In this document: positions 12,325 through 25,200 of the stretch, in pieces
Layout of the letters: each line of letters opens with the position of its first letter
Numbering within the stretch: the first letter of the stretch is position 1
From: Takakia lepidozioides
Lineage: Eukaryota > Plantae > Bryophyta
DNA: 64,000 bases
Assembly: GCA_030704615.1 (NCBI GenBank)
Contig: CM060731.1
Span: forward strand, 94,178,001 to 94,242,000
Direction of reading: 5' to 3'
The notes under the pieces: generated by a model
Told to the model about the DNA's origin: nothing
Database searches by the model: none
What the model saw: only the letters and a program-made list of their open reading frames with translations
Made by a program: the position numbers and the translations under genes

Positions 12325-12697
12325 GGAAATGCGGTGCCGCATTTCCATCCATAAGCCGGAAATGAGGTTCCGGATATCCACACGAAAACGGAAATGTGGC
12401 ACCGCATTTCTATTCTGGTTTTGGAAATGCGGCACCGCATTTCCATATTGGACATGGAAATCCAGCACCACATTTCCTTTGCTGGGCATGGAAATCTGGC
12501 ACTGCAATTCTTTGCACATGACGGAAATGCGGTGCCGCATTTCCAAAACACATGCCATAAAAATGTGAACCTGCGCACCCATTTCTGTTCCGGAGACGGA
12601 ATTGCGGCGCCGCAAATCCGGACGACTTGCACATCATAGGTGAAGCTTCCAGACATATATGCAGGGGAATAAGGGAATTGCGGTGCTGCATTTCCCA
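12325..12697. repeat. Array of ~22-bp palindromes (GGAAATGCGGTGCCGCATTTCC) at ~33-bp spacing; probable DNA-transposon subterminal region
   Basis: About 9-10 variably degenerate copies near 12325, 12358, 12390, 12423, 12456, 12490, 12523, 12598 and 12674. Confidence 0.8.
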
Positions 12698-12850
12698 ACC
12701 AGGGCCACTTGGGCATGTGCCTCCTTCGATGTGGATTCCGAAAACCCAAGGCTTTCCTCACAGAATGGATAGAAACAGACAGTACAACTTTCCGTTTATG
12801 CAAAGACCCATTTTTACCTTGACCTGATGACTATGAAATCGCTCTTCTAT

Positions 12851-12873
12851 TGATTGATTGATTGATTGATTGA
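12851..12873. repeat. (GATT)n microsatellite
   Basis: tgattgattgattgattgattga. Confidence 0.9.
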
Positions 12874-13539
12874 GAGATATTGTATAAAGGACATCACAAA
12901 TTCTCGACCGTGGGCCAGAAACTAGTAGTGCATAAAATACAATCAAACTGAAGATGCACATTACACAGTTCAGTGAGGGCACGATGGGTTGTTTTATTGA
13001 TCGATCACGGTGTCTCACATTAAGCAAGTCTACACCACATATGGTCCATGCAAATCTAAACCCTTAAGCCTTCTGAATGGGCGTCACCAAGTTGACGGAA
13101 CTTCGATAGGCCTGAAGACGAGGTCATGATTGGCGGCACCTCCACGTAAATTGGTGGAGATGACGACAATGTCATGCCCATCAATGATACCACCATCATA
13201 CATTGAAAGGGTCACTGTGGGCCTCATGTGCTCGTGCGATTCATCCTCGAAACTTAGGCGAATATCCCCATTCAGTGGAAAAGCGGAGTGGACTTATAGA
13301 AAAAGAAAAAAGAAAAAGTGAGGAGCCGCTTGAACTCACCTCTGCGCCAGAGCTGTGACTGCTTTGCGACGTCCCCAGGGGGCAGCGTCGCCCCTGTGAT
13401 TTCCCGAAGTCGCTTCTCCTCCTCCTGCCAAGGTGGCCGCCCTTCTCTCCCCTTCTCTCTCCCCTTCGCGACGGCGCCTAGGCACCGAGGTTTTCCGGCG
13501 GGGTTGCCACACTGGCGCTCCGCGGCTGCACTGGCCGCT

Positions 13540-13850
13540 GCTCACTCCCCCTCTCAATCTCTCAATCTGAATCTCTCTCTCCCTCACTCTCTTCCTCCCT
13601 TCCCTCTCTCCCTCCCTACTCTGTTTTTTTTTGCTCTCGAGCTCTCCCGGGTGCAACTACCCCCGTGCGCCGGAGTGTTTTTCGGCGGCAGTGACGCAGC
13701 GCTGACGCGCCACAGTGTTCAAACCCGTGCGCGCCCTCCCTCTCCGTCCCATTCTCTCTCTCTCATTCTCCCTCTCGCCCTAATCTCTCTCCCTCACTCT
13801 CTCCCTCTTCTCCCTCTTTTTGTTTTTGTTTTTGTTTTTTTTTTTTAGCT
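13540..13850. repeat. CT-rich low-complexity region with partial internal duplication
   Basis: Two pyrimidine tracts that share ctctctccctcactctc, each followed by a T-run. Confidence 0.7.
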
Positions 13851-16201
13851 GTTTGAGCGAGGGAGCACGCCCCCGCCACTGTGTGACGGAGCGCCAGCGT
13901 GAGGGAGCTGCCACGGGCGCCCGCGTGCAAGTAAGCTGCCAAGCATTTCTAGTGAGTGGAAACAGAGCTATCCCATCAAGCGCATGGCACTGCTACCTTC
14001 CATGATTGCACTGCCATTGACCACCAAACGTCGTGCCTCACATAGGCACCGAACGTAGTGGACCCTGGTTTGCAACAAAAATGCACTTGTACCGTTTGAC
14101 ATTGACGCGGGTCTTCTCCCTTCTAGCCTTGTCTCACTCATATGCCTTAGGAGGTCACATATCGCATTGGTCAGAGACCTATGTTGGACTCACTCGACAT
14201 ACTGTTAGTGCCGCATATTCTTCTAACTCGTTTGTTCCGTCATTACACTCGAACGTCCGAAAATATGTTGCCCTTAGTTCTGTAGATGTTAGGGTAAATC
14301 TTCTTGAGTTTCATCTTTTGACCTCGTCTTTTCGCAGCTGAAGTAGTCATTAAGATGCCAGGGTATTCCATCATGAGCTTCATTGTAGACTCTCCAAATT
14401 CTTAATCTACTTGGGGTCGTCCGCCCATATGCAGTCAACAAGAGCAATTGGCCCTATATTGCACCCGCATTCATTGAAAAAAATGGTCATCACCATCAAA
14501 ACCGACAAACCGAGGAAGTGTCCTCATAAAAACATCTACAGGCCCCACCAGATGCATCTTCCTTTTGACCACTGTGGCGACCATATCGTTAAGTTTCCCA
14601 TGCTCGCATTCAACTCGTTCGGTAAGCGTAGTGTTATTCTACATTAACAGTGTAGAATATGGTGTTAGATTTTTATTGGCTCATCCTACATATCGATGTC
14701 AAAAAGATGTAATTAGTCCCTATTACAACTTCCCTAGATAAAACGTACATTAAATACCCTTGATAAACCCTTTATCAAATTCCCTCAATTATTTCTATCA
14801 CATTATTACTAATGATTAATTTTGATAATATATTATATATATCGCAGTAATATTTAATTTTAAGCTTGAGTTCAATATTTACTTTTATTTTTATTTTTTA
14901 TAGTTAGTATCTTTTATGTGGTACGAGTTGGTCGCCTTTAGCATTTTTGGATAAAAGATGTTTTGTTGTTGTTTTTGGGGGGTCAATCCCAAGACTTAGT
15001 TTGCTTAAGTACTGCGATCTTGACTCCCCGCTCACTTGATTTTGGACCGACATGCTTCACATATGTGGGGCTGGGATTCCCGCATTGATAGTATTCTCCT
15101 TTACATATGGACAGAGTGGGTAGTTGGAAAAGAATGAAGATGAGCTAGAGGAGTTGTATTGTCTTATGGTTTTCCTTAATACAACAGCTAGTTTGGGATT
15201 AGTGAGGTGGCAGCTTTGGGTGATGTAGGTGGACTGGGATCTGGTTGTCCACTGTGACAGTGCCACATGGCCTATTGTTTAGATTAGGTTTTCAATCTAT
15301 TTAACCTGGAAGCTTGGGCTTTCGGAGGAGGTGGTTATGTTCTGGTTTCATGGCAATGTGTACTTTGAGTGTGCTGGATGGAAGTGGAATTGGTTGATTG
15401 GATTGAATTTGTTAGATGGATCCTCTACGGTATACTCCCTTATTTGCAAAGCATAGTTCTCCGACTATATCCCCATAGTCTAGTTTCATAGAAGAATAAC
15501 CCCTAGAACGAGAATCTTCCGTCACAAGAGCTTGTCTGTATTCCTGAATGATGTCTGCAACTCGGCAAACAAACGATTTGAATTCATTTACCGTGGGTGT
15601 CCCATTACTGTGCAACGTGAAAAACTTATAATCTCGATGATGTTTTCGTCGATGGTTGAAGTGCTGGACTCCCATGAGAACAAGGTTGGCCCGACCCTTT
15701 TAAAAGAGAGAGGAGACACCACAGGTTCAGGGAGAATCAACTTGCTAAAGAAACAGACCTGCAGGTCAAAAGACCAGGGTTTCTTCATTACCTTGATCTA
15801 AAACATTCACATTCGAGAGGATGCCAAGGAACTCCTCAGAGGGTGATAGGACCTTCAAGGTAGGCAGCAGCAATGGATGTATAACCAACGAATCCACTTA
15901 GAGATAGATACATGGACGAGATCCACAGAAACCTACCGGGCATGTTGCCATTGCCAGTCAGTGTGACTTTATCCTTCCAAATTAATTCACTTGATCTACT
16001 CACTGACAGAATTCTTCAGAAAATGCTCTGAAGATGAGCTGGTCAAAGCATGCTCTATCTACAGAAGAATCCTGTACAGCAACAACCCTGAATTGGGGTT
16101 TGCCACAAGAAAACTAAGATTACATCTAATTTTCAAATTAAGTGACAACTCAAATTATCATCATCTACGGAAATATTTGTTGCTAGTGTGCCCCTGTGAG
16201 C

Positions 16202-19200
16202 CTAAGCATTGCTGTCCATCTTTGATGCTTTGCTTGGAGACGACTTAGTAGCTTGCAGATGTAACCTGGGTACCAGAGGCTTGGGTGATCGTGAGTTCCG
16301 ATCAAACCCCCTCACACAAATATATCCTGGAGACAAGCTATCCCATATTAGTCCCAGTTGCAAGAATATATGCATGTTGCGTCATTATTTGGGTATGGCA
16401 TGGACCTAGACTTGCCAGCCCCATGACAACCTCAGATACAGAACAGTTCCTGATTGGAAAACGTGAAAATCCGTTTCAAGAGATAAGCATCGCGAAGCCT
16501 ATGGTCACAAGGCTCACTCTGCCAGCCACATCTGTGAATGCCATCATTTTCTTTCGTGTTTTCTCTCTCTCACACACCGGGAGACCAGATGAAAATACAT
16601 ACACACACGGACAGCAGCAATTGTGCATGAAATGAAGGCTCCCTATACCTCGCCAAAAGCATGCTTGAATCTCCTCTGTTGTCATACCTGTTTCAGATTA
16701 CCCAAAGGCCAGATAGCAGGGTTTAATATCTTCTGATAATTACCAGAGAGGTGTAGAACGAGAGGGGACACAAGTAGAACAACAAATCACAAACAGGAAA
16801 GTGTCACAAAGGCAGAATACCTCATGGGAAAAAGATATAAAAGAACAACATGCCTGGCTTTATGTCCTTGCTTATGGACCACTGCCTACAGAAAATGGTA
16901 CATAGCCCTCTCTTGTGCAATTGTGTGCTGCGAGCGTTTGGAGTCACTCCCCGGAGCTCTTCCAATGGTTCCACCCATGTTATTTTTAATATCACAATAC
17001 TTTTATTCTCTGGAATACCTTGAGATCCTTCAGGTATGGCAGTAGGCATGAGCTGATCATCACTACAAGAATTGGGGACAATATGCATCTTTCTTACCTC
17101 TCTTGAGCTCATCTGGTACAACATCCCTCCAGGCTTTCATGGAAGCTGGAACAGAGCAATTCTGCTGCCTTTCTGGCTCTGATCCCTACGTAGTACCTAT
17201 GTAGTAGGTAGCGCCCTGCAGCGCGACCGCTACCTAGTAAATAGGTCATACTTCATCCTCAAAGTACACACATTAGCGATTTCTTGTGCATGGTGTTCCT
17301 TGCCTGTTCCTGTCCTGGTGCTTACTAGGTCTCTACTGCAGTTGTAATTATGCTCGGGAGGACCTGAGGCAATGCTTCTAGGGAGTAGCTGGCTTGGAGG
17401 TTTTGTCCACTTGATTTGGGTGGCCTGCCAAAGATTTCAGATGTATGTGTGAGCCAGGATTGGAGTTACCTCGAAAAATACTCGTTACAGATGTACCGAA
17501 GAAAACAAAGCGGCGTCGGAGATTCCAGAGCAATGTACGAGGGACTTCTACAGGCTGTAAACTGCTTGTGTGGTCTGCAAAAACCTGCCGTCATCACCAT
17601 TTCCATGTTATGAATTGTGCTAGCCAAAATATTTAGCTACCAGCAGGAGGGAGTCTTTGTGCCTCAAGTTCCCGAAGCCAATTCTTAGGATCTGCATGTA
17701 TGCCATACCTGGCTCTGACTCAGCCGTCTTTGCAGGGTGTGGTGACTATTGATAGTCTATTTCGAGGCTCCATCCTCACCCAACTCTGTTTGCATGCCAA
17801 GCTCTTGTGTACAAGCTTTTCCAAAATGATGACAGTGGACGACAATCTAGATGTTTCTTAGAAATAGAGGAAGGAATAATATGAAAAGGGGCTGTATACC
17901 TCATTGACTTGAAAATAAGTACCATTCAGAGGAAAACTGCCCTGCATTGCTGTTCTGCATGGCACCTGTTTCAACCAGTGTGTTTCCATCAGAGAGTCTA
18001 CAGTACGAAGGTTACTGCATGCCTGGTCTTGTACATCTTATCCACTAGTCCATTGAGGTATCAGTGAGAGTATCAGCCTAAACATCCAGTAACCAATCAC
18101 TATGAATCTTGAAGGGCTTTCCTGTTGGTGCTGCCATTGACCAATCTGCGAAATACGGAGTTCTTCAATACTAATGGGAAACCAGCATAAAAACTTGGAT
18201 GAAAGTACCCAGTTTAGATATGAATTCCTCTTTGTGAGGAGCACAGGAGCATGCTGCAGAGGAACCCACCATCCATACTTTTCCAATGATACCTATGTAA
18301 ATTTCCAAGGTGCGCTTCCATTGTGTGTACAGTAACTTGCCGCTGTCCTTACTGCTTGTTCTGTGGGCTATTTTATTTTTGGCCTCGTATACTGACAAAG
18401 AGTGCATCAAATGAATGCTTACCAATAGTGTGCCTTTGACCGTCTCAGCCTCACCACCATGACCAGATGATGCAAAAGGATTATCCTCATGACAGTCCTC
18501 CAAATTCGGTATGGTCCCAGGGGTTTCACCTACAAGACCCATAGAAGGTCAACAATGTTGTGCTACTAAGGAAATCATACACCTGGTTGCTGGAGAGGCA
18601 TCCACCTACCGGTCATTTTGAGGCACATGACCGGGGCCTCACTCTCCCAAGCCATGAGTCAGTCATGCTAATATAGAATGTCTGCATAGTTCTTTTGAAA
18701 CTTTTGGTAAAGGGTATGAAATAGTTCTATGTAAACAGCTCTCTCCTGCTTCTAGATGAGATGGTGTCAAAATACCTAGTTGTAGCAGGTACAAGATGAA
18801 TCAAAGCTGAGAAGTACCTGGGCTCCAAATTGCAAGTAGATAACAACAAGGATCATCAGGTTCTCTGGTGTCCATCTGTTCACAGGAAAATCAGTAAGTA
18901 CAGTTGGCAAGTAACTATACAAGGAGTGAATTGACCCTATGGTGAAGAGTAGTAAGTTTTAAGGTTAAATGTGTAACCCAGGAAAAACAGAGTAACAGTG
19001 AGAGAAGTATTACCCCTTCAACAAGAGGATGATGATCTGGGAGTTCATACCTGCAAACGATGCACAAATTCAGTTTCTGTTTTAGCCAGGCATGGCAAAA
19101 TATGTGTACATTTCTTTCCCCAGGCGTTTAACAGCAGTGAGTGAATGGGTCTCTCTGGTAAGTGGACCAACCCTTACCCTGACAACACCAGCTACAGTTA

Positions 19201-22200
19201 TCTTTCTTTAGGAATCTGACAGATGATGCCCATATTTGTTTCTATAATGATTTCCATGTTTGAAATTGTATGCCTTTGAGACTCCACTGCAAAAGTCTAC
19301 CCGTCAGCATCACGGGTCAAGGTCTATGGTTGGACATTGCCTTGGCTCCTTCAAGCTCAGTAACCTTGCAGATAGGGGATTCAATGAGAAAAAACTACCT
19401 GACAGGATGTAACTATGGGTGTTGTCCATTTGCTTGCAGAATAAAATGAGATAGAAATACGGCAGAGACTGCCAGGGTGTTCACATTGTGTCATAGAAGG
19501 AAACGATTGAGGCAGCTAGAGAGCGAAAACTGATAAAACAGAGCTTTATGGTCAAGTTTGCTTCTCACACGTAGTGAACGGTTCGGAGACGGCCAATGTT
19601 CTTCAACTTGGGCACAGGTATGGAGGCAGCTCCAGGGGGTAGCAGAACAAGCTCTTGTGATGGCACATCTGACATCAACGCTTCTGATGATGGAAATATA
19701 CCAGGACTTTCCAAAGTCATCTGAGTATTCACTCCTGAATTCATCCCAATAGTCGAAGAACTGGGTAGCTTGCGCTTTGATTTATCCACCTCAAAAGATG
19801 TAGCTTCTGAGGGTGGAGAGAGATCTGCCAAATCTCCATGGAGCATCCTTGACACTGGTTCTGACTCTGTTGCAATGTTGTCAGGGTTGGGCAACTGGCA
19901 GGAGTTTGAAATGTCAACCTGCATTGGCTCTCCTAAATTTGATTCCTTTAGAAACCTTGTGACCACTGAATTGTCCTTTATCTCGACAGAAAATGGTTCA
20001 TCCTCAATATCACAGTCTGATAGATCAGCATCCGATTGCTCGGGTGAACTTGGCTCTTCAATAATGGGTTCACAAAATGCTTGAGACACTGCCTGCAGGG
20101 TTGGAAACATCAGTGCAGTTTCCTGTTGGTGCCCCACTTCAAGAACAGTTGAGTTTCCAGAATTTGCTTCTGTGGCTGTTGGTGGTAATGCCAGGATAGG
20201 TTTACCCTCTGTCTCTTGCGAGGGGAGCGCCAGCTTGGCACTGTCATATTCACCACCAAAACATTGTTGACATGTTAGAAGATCCACTCAATTCAGAAAA
20301 ATCAACATGAATGTACTGTTACACAGTTCCTTGCATAAAATTGGCAAATACACAAAGTTGCCAAAATCATGATACAGAAGTTACTGCAATGTTGATATGA
20401 CCCAATGAAGTACATCTAGATATCCTTAAAAATCTTCTTATAACAGTGCTAAAGGGCAACGGCAATGGATAGCAAAATTCTACCTGGCTAGAGCACTGGC
20501 AAAGTGCTTGCAGTCACCCCGCATGGGGCATGCATTGCAGTTTGGCTTGCTCTTAGTGCAGAAGACCTGCCATGCAGAACTTGCCATGAGTTAGTCAGCT
20601 TGCCTCTACCTCTCCATCATGACAATGAAGCAGGCCTATTTCTCCCAGTACAGTATCACCATCTTAGTGGATATAGTAAGACCTCTAGCAGTCATTGAAG
20701 GTAAGCATTAGAAAATGCAGACAACATTCTAGATGCACTGGCAACTCTGAACACAATAACTCGAGAAAAGAATAGAAGACCTTTCCAAATGTGATCATCT
20801 GGTAGTGGAGCTCATACCTGCAATAAAGGATCCAAAAATTCATGACACCTTTAGATGCAAATGAATGTAAGCAAGGAGATCACACATATCATACTCAACA
20901 TTCCAAACAAATAAGCTATTCATCACAGTGTGGAAACTTGAAGACTTCTGTAATCAACGAGATAGAACAAACAGAGCCATGCCAACTGATTGAAGTCATG
21001 TCAAACATGTGGCTGCAAATAAGGAGAAGGTGCTGTCAAGCTTACAGAGTCTGCTGGTCAAGAGTGCAAAGCCGGGGCCACAAATACTTTTGGATCGTTG
21101 CCTGAACGGGGTACCTGTTAAATTCCATCATAGTACACTATTCAGACAACTGAACTCCGGATCTAAGCAGAGTGAACCCCATTAAAAAAATAGAAGAATT
21201 CAGCTCTGCAACTTCTGGCACTGTCTCACTGCAAAGTAGAAGGTCAGATTTTTCCAACACCTGTCCATGGTGCCAAGACTTCTCCTGCGGTATAACCCCA
21301 TTATCTCGTTCTAAACCCTCAACATTCCAGTTACATGAACTGTTACCAAACTTCTGCATCTGTAAATGCAGATGCAATTCTAAAGACTGCTTATTTAAGA
21401 ATCAAACTCTGAAATTCGTACTAGAGCTCCAGCTGTGTGCCCCTCTGACTAATTTGCTGAAATGCTTGTCTCATGCAACTTACAGTTCAAGCAAATGGAG
21501 CTGCAGTTCCTCTGGTAAGGGCTCCAAAGGCACCCAGCCTAGCCTCACACATATACGTCCTACATTTGTGTCCACCTGGTATGCAATATGACAAAAATCT
21601 CATGTTAGCACTGAACTAGTACCACCTATGTTTAGCAACAGTCAGGACCCACTTTCGTTTTAGACAGTTAGGAAGAGATGGGGGGCCTCAACACGAGGTG
21701 AACACACGTTTTCTGAATACAGCATTTTAAGTTCTCAATATGGCATTGGCATCATGGCTCGCTAGAACTGTCACAATCCTGTCTGACCAGCAGGTATTTC
21801 GTACTGAGGTAGATGCATGCACTGGCCAAATATGCCAGGATGAAAGTGGCTAAGTCGTGACCAGACGTATTTTCATCCGGACGATGAATGGATTACATCC
21901 ATGCTTACCTGCACCGCCTCCATTGGCAAATGAGAGTTTATTCCGTTCACTTGACAGTCGTAATCTTCCAACAGGAGGTTGTAAAACCAGGCCACCATGA
22001 TAGGACAGCCAGTTTTTACTGGGATTCCGCTGCTGAGCTGTAGGGCCTATTTAGTGTACAGTGCTAAGAGTCATGATGTTAATCTCAGTTTCCCCCTTGA
22101 AATGATGGACTTCCAAAGATTCACTCACAGGGAAAGCAAGATGGTGGAGGGTGAGAAGGCGGATGCACTCTACGCTCTTAAGACCCAGTCCTCGCACGCT

Positions 22201-25200
22201 TAGAAGGAAGTCCCTGCAGGCAGTAGCAAGGAAAATTCAAAACAGAAATTCTCAGTTTTTCTAACGAAATGAGAACAACAAACAACAACTGAAGTTCTCT
22301 CTTTTTCAGGACATGAGATTGACAGAAGCATCACTACAGGATTGAGAGAAATGCTCATGAAGTAGTATCTCCTCAAGATCACCCTCTATTGCCACACCAT
22401 GGCTCTTTCTCTCTTTTGTGGCTTAGAGTAACATTGACGGAAATTCACTGGGTTCAATTTTCACAACATTGCAATCAGTGTGACAACCACAAACCAAATG
22501 GATGAACACCAGCTTCTAGATGATAATGAACAAGTTAACTGAGAGTATCTTGGAAAGACTTACTTGGCATCATCGAGGGGGAGGGACCGGAGCCATTCAA
22601 GGTCAAGACTGCCATGTTCTATGTGCAACCTTTCAAGGAAGGCCTGCGAAACAAGCTCATGAAGATTAATTCCAATCGATCCTATCAGAAATGAGAAGCA
22701 TCCATAGACATGAATTTTCAAGTTCAACAATGTTGAGGTCCATTACAGCTTAACGTTTGGATAACAGCATCCTCAATCACTTTGAGAAAGTGCAAATAAG
22801 CATGTGGGCCCCCATCATGATTCGGTAACTTGCCATACAATGCGTACTATCTGGAAAACCATTCTCCACAGTTTAATGTAGGACTTCCGCATGTCTGTCT
22901 GGCCACCATGTGTCTCGGGAGACAGCTTGCAGAGAAGACCATGGCAGCTGTGAAGCATTGGAAATACCAGCAGTCATAGATGCACTGCTCTACAAATGCA
23001 TTCTGAAGGAGAAAGAGTCTGTATCACATCAGACCTTGATTCTTCCAGCAAGGATCCAATTCATCCCACGCTCCTTGATGACGTCAGCAAGATCTTCGAC
23101 TTCAGCATGACGAACTGCCTCCCAATCAACACCATCCTCTGCAAGTGGACTCCTTTCATGCTTGTGGCCACTATTGCGACTTTGAATTTTCTCACCTTTA
23201 GCATCAACACCACCTCTCAAGGCTTCCCAATCAAAAGCTTTTCTGCTACTTATTTGACTTTGCTCCAATCTGGCTCTCTCAGGCCCGGTAAGTCGTGTTG
23301 GATTGAACTTGCCCTTGGTTATCGTTGATTCGTTCATCGCCTCGCTACTTACCACATTGTCTTTGGATAGCTCTCTCGCATCATCTCTTACCTCTTGCAT
23401 TGGAAGCAGATCCACTGGTGTATTGGCTGCAGAGCTGTCTAGCTTTAAGATTGAACTGTCTTCAAGCATGGCTTGGACAGTTGGTGCTAGACTGTCTGCT
23501 GAGGTAGCCTCCATTTTGTCATTAGGACAACCAGTACCAATGGTAACGCTCACTGATTTTTGAACAAGCTCCTTCTCCTTGCCTTGCTCTTGGTGGTGCC
23601 AACTCTTCTCCTCACACTCTAGTAAACCTACTTGTACCACCTCTGTCCAGGAAAGAACTGTCTCCCCACATTCTAGCTGACTTTTGGCACATCCCTCATC
23701 CTGATCTTGTTGAGTGCCACTGTCCCTATCGCGCAGGAGCTCTGGCCAATTATCAACTGAGAGAACATGACTGGTAGCTGGTTTGCAGTCACTGACAGCT
23801 CCATTTGGATCCAATCCTTCACGACGGTGATGCTCTGAACAACTCAAAAGTGTTGCAGTTGTGGCATCACAATCCTGCATTGTGAGTCCTAACAATTCGT
23901 TTTCCAAGGGGTCACCAACCTTTTCAGGAGCACTAGCCTGGTTTAAGCCAGTGACACCCCGACCAGTCGCAGGGAACCGGGCTCTTACACACATGAATGC
24001 TGAGCTGCAACCACTCACATAAGTTGGGGGGAAAGATTTTGTCATCAGTGTAATGTCCACAACCAAGAAGAGGTAAAATGGCAGGCAAATGTCAACAAGG
24101 AGCATCTGCTTGTTGGGACGCATTTGCTTCTAAGCAATGTAAGCTCTCTGCACAGGCAATGCTACAAGGACACCAATCCCGCCCACTCATGTATGGAGGC
24201 TGATGCTCAGGCTGATAGGAGGTCATCCATGGTGAAAATTCATTGACATAAAAGTCTTTCTGAACTGCCATGATGTTGTACCACCTTCAACTTGCTAACT
24301 TAACTTGCATTTCTAAATTTTTATCAAGCTCATTCTACTTCGTGATTCTCTGGTCCCCCTTTTGCATTCAGATTTCATTTCTCGATTACAATCTGCAAAC
24401 TAGAAAAAGCCAACCACATACGCGTTCTATCAAAACTTCCAGAGCAGGTCTAGATTAGATTGACTTCTCTCTCACTGAGGCAAATAAATGAATAATGAAA
24501 CGGTACCTGGAAAGAACGTCATTCACATTTTGTGTCAGGAATGCTCCTACCACTGAATCCACCACCGAGCCCTTCCACCGCGAGAAGCTCCGATCACCTG
24601 CAGCCGCGTCCCAACACAGTATACAAACAAAACCTCGATCACAAATTTGCAAGCAAAGCAATGCCAACCTAGTCAGGTCAGTAGCCAGACTAACCGGGGG
24701 AACTGGTTGTGCTAACTACTTCTAAGAAAAGCTTAATCCCCACAGGCATAGGCAGGTTCGGGTGCGCCACAACGCTTGAAAGACTCCCATTCCTTCTACG
24801 CGCGGCGTGGATGTCGCGGTATCTGATTACGTCACATATCTTGGAGTAAGTGATCCTTGCACCCTCTACACGAGACAATATGGCATCAAGAAACAGGTTT
24901 ATCACGCGGACGTTAACGGCTATCGAGCCAACATTCAGAGACACCTTCCTGAAGTATTTTTTGCGGCTCGGTTGTCAGTGGTCACACACAACATCATGTG
25001 ACTGTGAAATTTGGTGACAGGAGAGTAGCCGCTCAGGGTTTCTGATCACCAAAAGATTGGCACCAAGGGACTCATGAGCATGCTGGTCAAGAGACTGTTG
25101 GAATTCCTGTCCATCCACGATTCTACCACCTGTTAATCTACCTCAAGCGATTGTCTTCACGATCAGAGACATCAAAGATGACTGCATCCGCATGTCTACT

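Noticed and set aside
12325-12697. CRISPR-like repeat-spacer appearance
   Set aside because: Repeats are degenerate, linkers are only ~11 bp, there are no cas genes and the context is eukaryotic; transposon subterminal repeats fit better
14100-16150. Possible LINE or transposase relics downstream of DME
   Set aside because: Only short suggestive peptides (e.g. GRFLWI, KKPWSFD); too degraded to support a call
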